A DNA stretch of 32,000 nt from Caldivirga maquilingensis IC-167 (GCF_000018305.1 NC_009954.1:1020001-1052000), one strand, 5' to 3'; counted from the stretch's first letter, positions 9,221 to 18,801 are shown. Made by a program: numbers and translations. Notes: generated by a model from the sequence alone, not told the origin.

Positions 9221-10762
9221 TCACGAGTACCTCCAGACACCCTTACCTCTATAATTGTATACAATTGCCTTATATGCCGTAACATACTCAAGGGTGTAGC
9301 CAAGTCCCTCCCTCCCAATACCTGAATCCTTCCTGCCTCCAAATGGGTAGTAGCCTATACCGTGTCTTGGGTAATCATTCACGTACACTGCCCCAACCTC
9401 AAGTAGCCTAGCTGCCTTCCTTATCCTACTTACATCATTACTGAATATTGCTGCATCAAGTCCATACCTCCTACCATTAGATAATTCAATGGCCTCATCT
9501 AAGTCATTAACCTTCACTAACACTGCTATGGCTGCGAAGACCTCCTTATTGTAGAGGTACAGGTCCTTAACCTTACTCTTATCAATCTCAATTAAAGTGG
9601 GTTCAATGTAAGTGGGGCCGAGTTTCCTACCACCGTAAAGTATTCTACCACCCTTGGAGACTGCGTCTTGAGCCGCCTTAATGACTTCGTCAGCCGTGGC
9701 CTCATCTATTAATGGACCCATTGTTGTGTCTGGGCTTCTTGGGTCACCGACCTTAACCTTAGATAACTCCTCAATTAGGCTTGCCTTAAGTTGATCATAT
9801 ACGTTTGGTTCAGCGAAAATGAACTTAACTGCATCACACCTTTGCCCAGCGTAACTGTATATGCCTATGGCTATTCTTTGGGCAGCCCACTTGGGGTCAG
9901 CATCATTAAGCACTATGGCTGGGTCACCGCCACCAAGCTCCATTACAAACTGCTTAATGCCAGCCTCCCTAATAACCTCAATACCGGTCTCAGTGCTTCC
10001 AGTTAATGAAATTGCCCCTATCCTCCTGTCTGAAACCACCTTGCCCATGTCCCTACCTGGTATTGTTAATACTGCAAGTGCCTTAACTGGGAATCCAGCT
10101 AGCTCAAGTACCCTGGCGAAGAGTATTGTTGGTAATGGGTCAGCTGAGGCTGGTTTAATTAAGACGGCATTACCAGCTATTGCTGAGTATGCTATTTTAT
10201 TAACAGTGTCGAAGAGTGGGTAATTGAATGGTACTATGGCTAACACAACCCCAATGGGTTCCCTCTTAACTATGGCCTCGCTCTCCAAGGCATCAAAACT
10301 CCAGTCCCCTGGCACGTAGTCACCGTGAACCCCTTCAACATCAAAATCCAGTCTCCTCAGTCTCTCAATTGCTGAATTAACCTCCCCATTAGCCGCTGAG
10401 GTTGTTTTACCAGCGTTGGAGACTAGTACATTAACGAAGTCCTCCCTAAACTTATCAAGTAGGTCAGCCGCCCTATGAAATGCATCGAGTCTCCTTTGAC
10501 CAGGCATGTCCCTTATAGCCCACCTACCCTCCCTATAGGTGGTTTCGATAGCCTGCTCAGTTACGTTGCCTGGTAGTCTCGGTACCTTGGCTATTACAGA
10601 TAAGTCTATTGGGGACTTGACGTCCTGCCAATTATCACCCATGTACCATTGCCCATTAATGAATGTTGGGAACAGTGGTGTACCATCAGGCCCAGTCTTC
10701 AGTATTGATGATAGTTCAGGCGACTTAACCTCAACCTTAACTTTACCCTTAACCTCAATCAT
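9221..10762 (-). CDS. gapN: Non-phosphorylating glyceraldehyde-3-phosphate dehydrogenase (aldehyde dehydrogenase superfamily)
   Basis: 513 aa. ALDH motifs [16 protein letters not shown] and [10 protein letters not shown]. From memory it is end-to-end colinear with the Thermoproteus tenax GAPN pattern (KSPIDL...GRWA.RDMPG...[13 protein letters not shown]...GKGVW.Y). Confidence 0.9.
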   Translation of the reverse strand: MIEVKGKVKVEVKSPELSSILKTGPDGTPLFPTFINGQWYMGDNWQDVKSPIDLSVIAKVPRLPGNVTEQAIETTYREGRWAIRDMPGQRRLDAFHRAADLLDKFREDFVNVLVSNAGKTTSAANGEVNSAIERLRRLDFDVEGVHGDYVPGDWSFDALESEAIVKREPIGVVLAIVPFNYPLFDTVNKIAYSAIAGNAVLIKPASADPLPTILFARVLELAGFPVKALAVLTIPGRDMGKVVSDRRIGAISLTGSTETGIEVIREAGIKQFVMELGGGDPAIVLNDADPKWAAQRIAIGIYSYAGQRCDAVKFIFAEPNVYDQLKASLIEELSKVKVGDPRSPDTTMGPLIDEATADEVIKAAQDAVSKGGRILYGGRKLGPTYIEPTLIEIDKSKVKDLYLYNKEVFAAIAVLVKVNDLDEAIELSNGRRYGLDAAIFSNDVSRIRKAARLLEVGAVYVNDYPRHGIGYYPFGGRKDSGIGREGLGYTLEYVTAYKAIVYNYRGKGVWRYS

Positions 10763-10785
10763 TAATTAACCTGCCTTGGATAGCG

Positions 10786-10793
10786 CTTTTAAG
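10786..10793 (-). promoter_or_regulatory. TATA box for gapN embedded in the short inverted repeat GCGC-TTTTAA-GCGC (10783-10796)
   Basis: On the minus strand CTTAAAAG is centred about 28 nt upstream of the ATG at 10762. GCGC arms flank it. Confidence 0.5.
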
Positions 10794-10830
10794 CGCGGTG
10801 GGTTTTCTGGGTTAGCTTTAATTGACTTAA

Positions 10831-11394
10831 TTAAAAATTACCCTCAATTCTCCTTAAATTCAAATCCCTCTTCCACCTCTGTAGCCACCTATACACTGTG
10901 GAGTGTTGCCTACCGTTAATCAACATTACTATTGCATCCCTAACAGCCCTAACATTATCGTAATTACCTATTATGCCCACTGCCTTATCCTTCACAGCAA
11001 TCTTGGTTTCAGTTAATTCCTCAAGATTCCTCTTAACCTTACCGCCCTCACCAATTATTATTGCCTTAATCCTACTTAAGTGATTCTCCTTATCTTTACC
11101 AATGTAGTCGCTTAAATCCACTACATCAAGGTACTTATCATCGTTAAGTAACTCTAATGCATCATCCCTTGAGAAGCCTAGGGCTAGCGCTTGAATAATC
11201 TGCCTAGCCTTAATAACTGAGTCTGGGTTTGCATCCTGCATTGGTGTTAATACCACTGAGTCATCCTTAACCTCAACCTGCACCTTAAGATTTACCTCAA
11301 TGGAGTTCTTAACCTCCTCAGTAACTAGGGTCTTCGCCTTCTCTAAGGGTATCTCAAGTGGTCCACCGAAGTAATAATTAGCCATAATGCTCAA
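10831..11394 (-). CDS. Two-KH-domain RNA-binding protein (archaeal Dim2/Pno1-like)
   Basis: 187 aa with the KH GxxG loop IIGEGGKVKRNLEE and a second KH-like IIGNYDNVRAVRDAI. Confidence 0.75.
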   Translation of the reverse strand: MSIMANYYFGGPLEIPLEKAKTLVTEEVKNSIEVNLKVQVEVKDDSVVLTPMQDANPDSVIKARQIIQALALGFSRDDALELLNDDKYLDVVDLSDYIGKDKENHLSRIKAIIIGEGGKVKRNLEELTETKIAVKDKAVGIIGNYDNVRAVRDAIVMLINGRQHSTVYRWLQRWKRDLNLRRIEGNF

Positions 11395-11498
11395 TAACCT
11401 AACCCACTGGAGTTAAATAAACCTTAACCCAACATGTGTAGGAATTAGAGGCATGCCTCCTTAAGTAGATGCTTAATTTAAATCCTTAATTAGTCCTT

Positions 11499-12680
11499 CT
11501 ACTTCAAGTACTTGCCTCTCAGGATTTTAGCCGCCTCAGCCATTGAGCGAAGCTTCATGAATGCAATCCTCCTACTGTACCTCCTAAACATCCCAACACC
11601 GAATCCACAGTCGGGATTCAACCATACTCTGGTTGGGTCAAGTACCTTAAGAACCCTCTCAGCCCTGGCGACTATTTCACTAGGTTCCTCAACCCTATTA
11701 CCCCTAACTTCAACAACACCCAGTCCTATCTCCTTCTCCTGAGGCAGTAATTGAGCGAATTTCGCTGGATCCCCACTCCCTGGGCTTGCGTACTCTAACA
11801 CATACTGCTTAACCTTTATGTCAACGACCTCTGGGGCTAATTTCTCATAACCCACGCCATAGTATGGTGAATCTGGGTTAGGCCACCTATCCATATGCAT
11901 CCCAATCCTGACGCCGTCAATACCCTTAATCGTCTCATTGATAAGATCCCTGGCTAGGCTTAACTCATTCTTAAACCCCCTATACTTCTGTCCATTTAAT
12001 TCCTGAAGCACCTTCCTGTACCTATCTGGTTCATTCTCGGAGGCTTCAACTAAATCCCCAAGCATTGGTTCATCTAATTGAATGAAGTGGACACCCAGAT
12101 CCCTCAACCTAATTACCTCATTCCTAACTAACCTGGAGTACTGTTGAGCTAATTCCTCGGGTTCCTTATAATAATCCTTAGAGTACTTAATGTGCCAAGC
12201 CTCCCACATTATTAAGTATGGGCTGGGTATAGTTACCTTAACCCTCCTATCGGTTATGCTTAGGGTGAAGGACGCCTCATCCACAGTGAACGGCTTATCC
12301 TCAATAGGACCCACTGCCACTGGCCTATAGTATGTTAATTGAGCCTTATAACGCCTCATAATGTCTATTCCCTGTGGGTTTATTTCAGATATGTGCATTA
12401 CCTTGAAGCCAGGTATCTTCTGCCCCACGAAGGCCACGAAGCTAGTCCTCCTCTGTTCACCATCAGTTAAAACCTCCACACCAGCTAACTCCTCCTCCTT
12501 GACTGTTAACTTGACTGCGTCATTAACGTACTCCTCATACTCCTCCTTATCCATCTTACCCTCATTAAATAATTCAAAGGCCTCAACAAGCCACCTAGGC
12601 CTTGGGAAACTACCCACCACTGAGGTTACGAAGGCTTCCTCAACCATTAGTAATGCGTGGTTCAGGTAATTTAAAAGCAT
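11499..12680 (-). CDS. metE: Cobalamin-independent methionine synthase catalytic-domain protein (MetE C-terminal-like)
   Basis: VVGSFPRPRW, IQLDEP and WLNPDCGF motifs. The likely true start is the internal ATG at 12647 (MVEEAF...), because TTTTAAAT lies about 25 nt upstream of it. Confidence 0.85.
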   Translation of the reverse strand: MLLNYLNHALLMVEEAFVTSVVGSFPRPRWLVEAFELFNEGKMDKEEYEEYVNDAVKLTVKEEELAGVEVLTDGEQRRTSFVAFVGQKIPGFKVMHISEINPQGIDIMRRYKAQLTYYRPVAVGPIEDKPFTVDEASFTLSITDRRVKVTIPSPYLIMWEAWHIKYSKDYYKEPEELAQQYSRLVRNEVIRLRDLGVHFIQLDEPMLGDLVEASENEPDRYRKVLQELNGQKYRGFKNELSLARDLINETIKGIDGVRIGMHMDRWPNPDSPYYGVGYEKLAPEVVDIKVKQYVLEYASPGSGDPAKFAQLLPQEKEIGLGVVEVRGNRVEEPSEIVARAERVLKVLDPTRVWLNPDCGFGVGMFRRYSRRIAFMKLRSMAEAAKILRGKYLK

Positions 12681-12702
12681 TAATCCATGGTTAAGGCTGG
12701 TT

Positions 12703-12757
12703 TATTCAGATCGTCGTGAGGTCATCAGTAATCAGGTTTGATACCCATCATCACTAT
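12703..12757 (-). ncRNA. C/D-box sRNA (2'-O-methylation guide)
   Basis: The minus strand reads GUGAUGA (C, 12754-12748), 12 nt UGGGUAUCAAAC, CUGA (D', 12735-12732), UUA, CUGAUGA (C', 12728-12722), 12 nt CCUCACGACGAU, CUGA (D, 12709-12706). TATA TTAATAAG (12783-12776) lies about 26 nt upstream of the C box. Confidence 0.85.
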
Positions 12758-12830
12758 GAAGTAGGCTTAACCCCGCTTATTAACTCTTACTACAAAGAAT
12801 TATAACCCTCCCAGTGGAGGAAAACTGAAG

Positions 12831-13973
12831 ATGCCAGCTAACCTACCAGCTGAGGCTAGGGCCAAGTGGCTTAAGGTACTTGAGGCTAAGACACCTGAGG
12901 AGAAGCTTAAGGCCCTTGAGGAATTCATATCAGCCACACCCAAGCATAAGGGTACTGAGAACCTTATCCACTGGGCTAGGAGGAGGATGGCTCAGTTGAG
13001 GAGGGAGATTGAGTTGAGGAAGGAGAAGGAGAGGAGTAGGGGTGGTGGGGGTCTTAGGATTTACGTTGAGAAGAGTGGTGATGTTCAATTAGCTGTAATT
13101 GGACCACCCCTATCAGGTAAGAGTGCATTACTTAAGTGCTTAACCGACGCTAATGTGGAGCCGGACCTCATACCCTACTCAACTATTGAGCCCGTACCCG
13201 GAATGTTCATTGAGGGTAACGTTTACTTCCAATTAGTTAAGGCCCCATCAGTAAGCCTAGGCAAGGACAGTGATTTAAACAACATTACCTTATCCATAAT
13301 GAGGAACGCTGACGGTGTATTAATGGTGCTTAACTGCCTTAATGGTGATGTTAGGCAGCAGTTCGATGCAATAAGTAAAATGGCCCTTGACGACGGCATT
13401 TACCTAGTTAAGCCAAGAGGCATAGTGAGGGTGGAGCCTAAGACTGGTATGGGGGTTCAAGTCATTGGTAAGCTGCTTAATGCAACCCACAGTGATGTAG
13501 TTAAGTTACTCACGGGTTACAGAATATATGGTGCTATTGTGTACATAGATGGTGAAGCCACCCTAGATGATATTGAGGACGCCCTAATAAGGTCCCCAGC
13601 TTATAAGCCAACCATACTAATCCTAAACAACCATCATTTATGCGGTAAGGTTGATTTAACCGACTTAAGGATACCCATTATTCCAGCTAAGCTGGATGAA
13701 TGCGTTATTGATAGGGTTAAGTTATCTGAAACCATATTGAGGCACCTTGATTTAATAAAAGTCTACACTAAGGAACCTTGGGCAAGTAAACCAACTGATA
13801 AACCCTTCATACTTAAGAGAGGCTCAACGGTGGGTGACTTGGCTCAAAGAATACACAGTGAGTTATACAGGAACTTCAAGTATGCTAGAATTTGGTCACC
13901 CACCGGCTTCCATAGGAGGGTTGGGTTAAACTACGTGCTTAATGATGGCGACATCGTTGAGATACATGCTTAA
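12831..13973 (+). CDS. DRG/Obg-like protein with C-terminal TGS domain and degenerate G3/G4 motifs
   Basis: DRG-type N-terminal helix (PKHKGTENLIHWARRRMAQLRREIE), P-loop GPPLSGKSALL, and a TGS-like C-terminus (...LNDGDIVEIHA). The expected DxPG is KAPS and NKxD is NNHH. Confidence 0.75.
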   Translation: MPANLPAEARAKWLKVLEAKTPEEKLKALEEFISATPKHKGTENLIHWARRRMAQLRREIELRKEKERSRGGGGLRIYVEKSGDVQLAVIGPPLSGKSALLKCLTDANVEPDLIPYSTIEPVPGMFIEGNVYFQLVKAPSVSLGKDSDLNNITLSIMRNADGVLMVLNCLNGDVRQQFDAISKMALDDGIYLVKPRGIVRVEPKTGMGVQVIGKLLNATHSDVVKLLTGYRIYGAIVYIDGEATLDDIEDALIRSPAYKPTILILNNHHLCGKVDLTDLRIPIIPAKLDECVIDRVKLSETILRHLDLIKVYTKEPWASKPTDKPFILKRGSTVGDLAQRIHSELYRNFKYARIWSPTGFHRRVGLNYVLNDGDIVEIHA

Positions 13974-14035
13974 CTTGAATTAAGCCGTAAGCCCACTCAC
14001 AATGCTTAATAAGGTAGGTAGCGTTAATCAAGATT

Positions 14036-14965
14036 ATGCCCCTTGACCCATCGGTGAGGAGGATAATTGAAGAGTTCAATAAGGTTAAACCGCAGATGAG
14101 TAAGGTGCCTCTTAATGAGCTTAGGAGAATGAGTAGGGCATCATCCTTAAGCCAACCTAAGAGACAAATACATAAGGTCTTCGACATTTCAATACCAGGG
14201 AGTGAAGTTAAGATACCTGCAAGGGTTTACGTACCCAGGGATGGGGAGGATTTTGGAGTATTAGTGTACTACCACGGTGGAGGATTCGTGTTCGGTGACG
14301 TTGAGTCCTATGATCCATTATGCAGGGAATTAGCTGTTGCATGCGATTGCGTAGTAGTCTCAGTTGACTATAGGCTTGCCCCCGAGAACAAGTTCCCAGC
14401 AGCAGTAGTGGATGCCTTTGACTCAGTGCAGTGGGTTCTTGAACACGCTAATGAGGTTAATGGTGATTCTGAGAAGATTGCAGTGGGTGGGGATAGTGCT
14501 GGGGGTAATTTAGCAGCAGTGGTGGCTATAATGGCTAGGGATAAGGGGTTAAGGCCAAGCCTTAAGTATCAAGTGTTAGTTAACCCATTCGTGGGTGTAG
14601 ATGTCGCATCCTACAGTATTAGAGAGTACTCCATGGGCTTTCTCCTGGATAGGGATGACATGGATTTCTTCAATAAGGCTTACTTAAGTAACTTAACCGA
14701 TGCATTGGATCCACGCTTCTCACCAATACTGGTTAATGACCTCAGTAACCTACCACCCGCCTTAATCATAACGTCGGAGTATGATCCATTAAGGGATTCA
14801 GCGGAAACATACGCCACTAGGCTTTCAGAGGCGGGTGTACCAACAGTTGTTGTTAGATTCAATGGTGTAGTCCACGGCTTCTACAACATGCCCATACCCC
14901 ACGCGAAGGTGGTAGTGGGGTTAATAGGATCAACACTGAGGCAGGCGTTTTACGGTAAGTATTAG
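14036..14965 (+). CDS. Alpha/beta-hydrolase carboxylesterase, hormone-sensitive-lipase (HSL) family
   Basis: Oxyanion motif HGGGF, nucleophile elbow GDSAGG, and the distal DPLRD and HGF triad context. Confidence 0.9.
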   Translation: MPLDPSVRRIIEEFNKVKPQMSKVPLNELRRMSRASSLSQPKRQIHKVFDISIPGSEVKIPARVYVPRDGEDFGVLVYYHGGGFVFGDVESYDPLCRELAVACDCVVVSVDYRLAPENKFPAAVVDAFDSVQWVLEHANEVNGDSEKIAVGGDSAGGNLAAVVAIMARDKGLRPSLKYQVLVNPFVGVDVASYSIREYSMGFLLDRDDMDFFNKAYLSNLTDALDPRFSPILVNDLSNLPPALIITSEYDPLRDSAETYATRLSEAGVPTVVVRFNGVVHGFYNMPIPHAKVVVGLIGSTLRQAFYGKY

Positions 14966-14977
14966 AGTATACTGCAT

Positions 14978-16690
14978 TTAAATGGTGTTTAAACCGTATA
15001 ACCTCTGGTACGGTATTGGGATTGTGTTAGGATCAATGTGCACATCTACGATTGTGGCCTTGTCACTGTTTAAAGCCTCATTCAACAACGGCCTCAACTC
15101 CTCCCTACGTGTTATCCTTAAACCCTCCGCACCCAGGGATTCGGCTAATAGGTTGAAGTCAATGCTGGGTAGTTTAATTAATGATTCGGTTGCATTACTG
15201 AACCTCACCTTCTCGTAAATCCTCAATACCCTGTACGCTGAATCATTGAATACAATTATCTTGGGCTTAACCCCATATTGAACAGCAGTTGCAACCTCAA
15301 GCCCAGTCATTAGGAATCCACCATCACCAACCAAGGCAACAACATCCCTGTCACGGTATATTATTGATGCAGCCACGGCGCCAGGTACTGCTAACCCCAT
15401 TGAGACGTAGCTGGTGCTTGTTACGTAGTGTTCATTCTCGTTTATGGGCATTAGGAAGCTTTCAATCCTGTGAGCCCCAACATCACCAATGAATATTGAT
15501 CCACCCTTGTTGAAAACATCCCTAACCGCCCTAATAACCTCCCAGGGCTTAATTAAGCCTGTAGCCTTCTCGTAGTAACTATTAAGCTCCCTATTCTCAA
15601 TACTCCATAATTCCCTTAATTCATTAATTACACCACCTCTACGTCTAATACTCATGCCCTTAAGTACATTAATTAGCATTAGGAGGAATTCCTTAGCATC
15701 AGCCCGTATCCTTAAATATGGTTCATACGCCCTTCCTAAATCATACTCATCAATGTTAACGTGAATGAGCTTACCCCTAATCTCAAGACTATACCTACCA
15801 GTGCCAATTTCACTGAATCTATTACCAATAGCAAGCACTACGTCAGCTTTCTTAATAATCTCATAGGCAGTCATGTTACCTGCCTTACCAGCGGCTACAC
15901 CGGCGTAGAGGGGATGATTAGGTGATATTAACCCCTTAGCCATTATTGTTGTTGTGATTGGCGCATTCAGTAATTCAGCCAATTTAATCGCCAAATCCTT
16001 AGCGCCGGATAAGATAACACCCCTACCTAGGAGTAGGACAGGTAATTCAGCATTGGAGAGTAGGTTGGCTGCTTCCTTAACGGCATCATTATTGATTGCT
16101 ACTGTTTCCCCAGTAACAGGGTTTACATCCTTACGTTCACCGGTGGTGTCTAAGTCCATTAAGTCGGATGGTATATCAATGTAAACTGGGCCGGGTTTAC
16201 CACTTGTTGCAATTCTATACGCCTTAGTTAAAACCTCAGTAACGTTACTTGGATTACTTACTCTAAGGGATGCCTTAACAACATTACTTAACGTGTTTAA
16301 TTGAGTGTCGTCACGTATTTGATGCATGCGTGTACCCTTACCACCAATTATGGATGTGGCAATGACAATTAATGGATCACCCTCAATGAATGCCTCAGCA
16401 ATGGGTGATAATGCACCAAATATCCCTGGACCAGCGGTAACGATTAGTGTACTGGGCTTAAGTAGGAGCCTTGATGAAACTAATGCCATGAAGCCTGCTG
16501 AAGGCTCAAACTTAGAATTAATAATGAACCCTCCCCTATTGATTAAAGACCTTAATAAACCCAGAATATTTTCAGCGGCAACTGTAAACACGTAATTACC
16601 AACATTATTTATTAACCATTCTGAAACAAGATCACGCACCTTCACACCCATGAGTGATACTAAACTATAAGGAAATATAAGTATTAACAA
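14978..16690 (-). CDS. Thiamine-diphosphate-dependent enzyme, acetolactate-synthase large-subunit-like
   Basis: The three-domain length fits, with the TPP-binding motif GDGGFLMTG...N near the C-terminus. The probable true start is the ATG at 16651 (MGVKVRDLV...). Confidence 0.8.
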   Translation of the reverse strand: MLILIFPYSLVSLMGVKVRDLVSEWLINNVGNYVFTVAAENILGLLRSLINRGGFIINSKFEPSAGFMALVSSRLLLKPSTLIVTAGPGIFGALSPIAEAFIEGDPLIVIATSIIGGKGTRMHQIRDDTQLNTLSNVVKASLRVSNPSNVTEVLTKAYRIATSGKPGPVYIDIPSDLMDLDTTGERKDVNPVTGETVAINNDAVKEAANLLSNAELPVLLLGRGVILSGAKDLAIKLAELLNAPITTTIMAKGLISPNHPLYAGVAAGKAGNMTAYEIIKKADVVLAIGNRFSEIGTGRYSLEIRGKLIHVNIDEYDLGRAYEPYLRIRADAKEFLLMLINVLKGMSIRRRGGVINELRELWSIENRELNSYYEKATGLIKPWEVIRAVRDVFNKGGSIFIGDVGAHRIESFLMPINENEHYVTSTSYVSMGLAVPGAVAASIIYRDRDVVALVGDGGFLMTGLEVATAVQYGVKPKIIVFNDSAYRVLRIYEKVRFSNATESLIKLPSIDFNLLAESLGAEGLRITRREELRPLLNEALNSDKATIVDVHIDPNTIPIPYQRLYGLNTI

Positions 16691-16916
16691 AGCTCATGAG
16701 TGCGCCCGCTCTGTTAATCCATGAATTATGAATAATAATTAATGCAGTAATGTTAATGCTTAATGTTATTAATGCATAATTTACTAAATCACTACCTGAT
16801 TATCAATGAGGATGTGGGCGTACTTAGAATTATGAATACTATCCTTTAGGTTCGTGAATAATCATAGTAACCTAAATGAGATTCCTAAGTTAGGTTGCAT
16901 TTATTGGATTAAAGGG

Positions 16917-16928
16917 TGCCATATGGCA
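16917..16928. repeat. 12-bp perfect palindrome TGCCATATGGCA
   Basis: Read directly from the sequence. It lies in the 330-nt divergent intergenic region. Confidence 0.9.
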
Positions 16929-16946
16929 TGGTTTACTAAAAACGTT

Positions 16947-16968
16947 TCATATATAGTACTATATATGA
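16947..16968. repeat. 22-bp perfect palindrome TCATATATAGTACTATATATGA
   Basis: Verified base by base. It is centred about 65 nt upstream of the transporter ATG at 17022. Confidence 0.9.
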
Positions 16969-17021
16969 TACCAACTTTACTTAGATAGTATTAATTAATC
17001 CTAAGTTAAGTAGCCTAATTA

Positions 17022-18457
17022 ATGGGAGCTAACAGTTCACGGTCCCGGATAAATCCGTTTAGTGAGATAAATCAGTTAAGGCTGGGGTGGAGTCATATTA
17101 AAATATGGTTCACTGCTGGTATGGGTTTCTTCACTGATGCATATGACTTGTTCATAATCGGTGCAGTAATAGACTTGTTCTCAAAGGCATCGTTACCTGG
17201 TTTTGAACTGAAGGGTACTTTACTTGGGTTAACGTTAACTGGGTTCCTGGGCGCATCAGCTATAATTACTGCCATTATTGGGCAGTTGCTTTTTGGTTGG
17301 CTTGCCGATTATTGGGGTAGGAAGAGGATTTATGGTGTTGAGGCTGCATTAATGATCATAGGTGCCTTACTTTCAGCGCTTGCACCTAACATCTACTGGT
17401 TAATAGCCTTTAGGGGTATATTAGGTATAGGTATTGGTGGTGATTACCCAGTATCCTCAGTGATAATGAGTGAGTATGCAAACACTAAGGATAGGGGCAA
17501 GTTAATAGCACTAGTGTTTGCGAATCAGGGATTAGGCACATTAGCCGCCATACTTATTGGTGTTCTTTCAGCTGAATTACTACCACCCACATTAGCTTGG
17601 AGGGTTATGTTAGGTGTAGGTGCATTGCCAGCCCTTGCTGTAATATACTTAAGACGTAAAGTGCCTGAAACACCCAGGTATGCATTACTGGTTAAGTGGG
17701 ATAGGGGGAAGCTGAGAGAGCTGCATCAATACTTGGAGCTAGAATTAACACTAATGCTGTGGCTAGGAAAATACCTCTAGGTGAATTCCTGAGGAGGTAC
17801 TGGTTAATGTTAATTGTTACAGCTGGTTCATGGTTCTTAATGGACATAGCCTACTACGGTTCAGGCATCTACTCAGGGCCAATAGTGTCAACCTTCATAC
17901 CAATAAGCAGTAGTCTACCGGTGCAGGAGCAGATAGTTAATGAGATTATAATAAGCGGCTTACCATTCCTAGTGGGTTTCCCAGGCTACTTCACGGCTGC
18001 AGCATTAATGGATAAGCTTGGTAGGAGGACTATTCAAATATTGGGCTTCGCAATGATGGCAATCCTCTACTTAACTATTGTTAACCTAATGATTGTTCAA
18101 GGTACGAATATAATAGGCTTCCTAATACCCACCAGCTACGCCTTAGCCATATATGCCTTAACCTTCTTCTTCATAGACTTCGGCCCAAACACAACAACAT
18201 TCGTAGTCCCCGCTGAGGTTTACCCAACATCACGCAGAACCACAGGTCACGGTATATCAGCCGCAGCAGGCAAGGCTGGGGCAGCTGTGGCAACTCTGCT
18301 ATTTCCATCGCTTCAATTGGTCATTGGGATTAGAGGAATATTAATCATATATATGATTGCTGCAGCGGCTGGTGCATTATTATCAATGCTGTTAAAGGAA
18401 CCGAAGAACATAGACCTAGAAACAATAGCAGAAGAGGAGATAGTTCCATCCAGTTAA
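17022..18457 (+). pseudogene. MFS inorganic phosphate:H+ symporter (PHS/Pho84-like) interrupted by a frameshift in a G5 run (17704-17708)
   Basis: ORFs 17022-17780 and 17759-18457 are the N and C halves of one 12-TM MFS protein (GFFTDAYDLFIIG, GRKRIYG, PETPRY). Frame 2 is already open from 17705 and reads GEAERAASILGARINTNAVARKIPLGEFLRRYW directly after ...PRYALLVKWDRG. Confidence 0.8.
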
Positions 18458-18801
18458 AAAGATCCTTTAAGCGTCTTAACCTTAAAACACGTATTACAAT
18501 GTATTTAGGATTCAATTACTTTATTATTCCTACGCACTTTTAGGAGTAGGGTTATGCCGAGGATTAATTGCCCTGGTTTACTTAAGCATAACATCCACAA
18601 TAATAGTCAACTCACATTAACCATCCTTCACTGGTGCTGGGCTTATAAAGCTAGGCAATATTACTTGGTATTGGAGGTAGTGGGAGTCTATATGAGTATC
18701 GATTAGTCAATCATCGTATTGAGTATGGTTAATTAACCGTGATTTAAAGTTCGCATAATTAAAGTTAAGAATTAAAAGAGGATTCACCAGGTTCAGTTAA
18801 T

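Noticed and set aside
17022-18457. The two MFS ORFs as a genuinely split two-gene transporter
   Set aside because: The second frame is open 54 nt upstream of its GTG and encodes a sensible continuation of the central loop right from the G5 run. The first ORF's tail is nonsense-like. A single-base frame disruption is the simpler reading.
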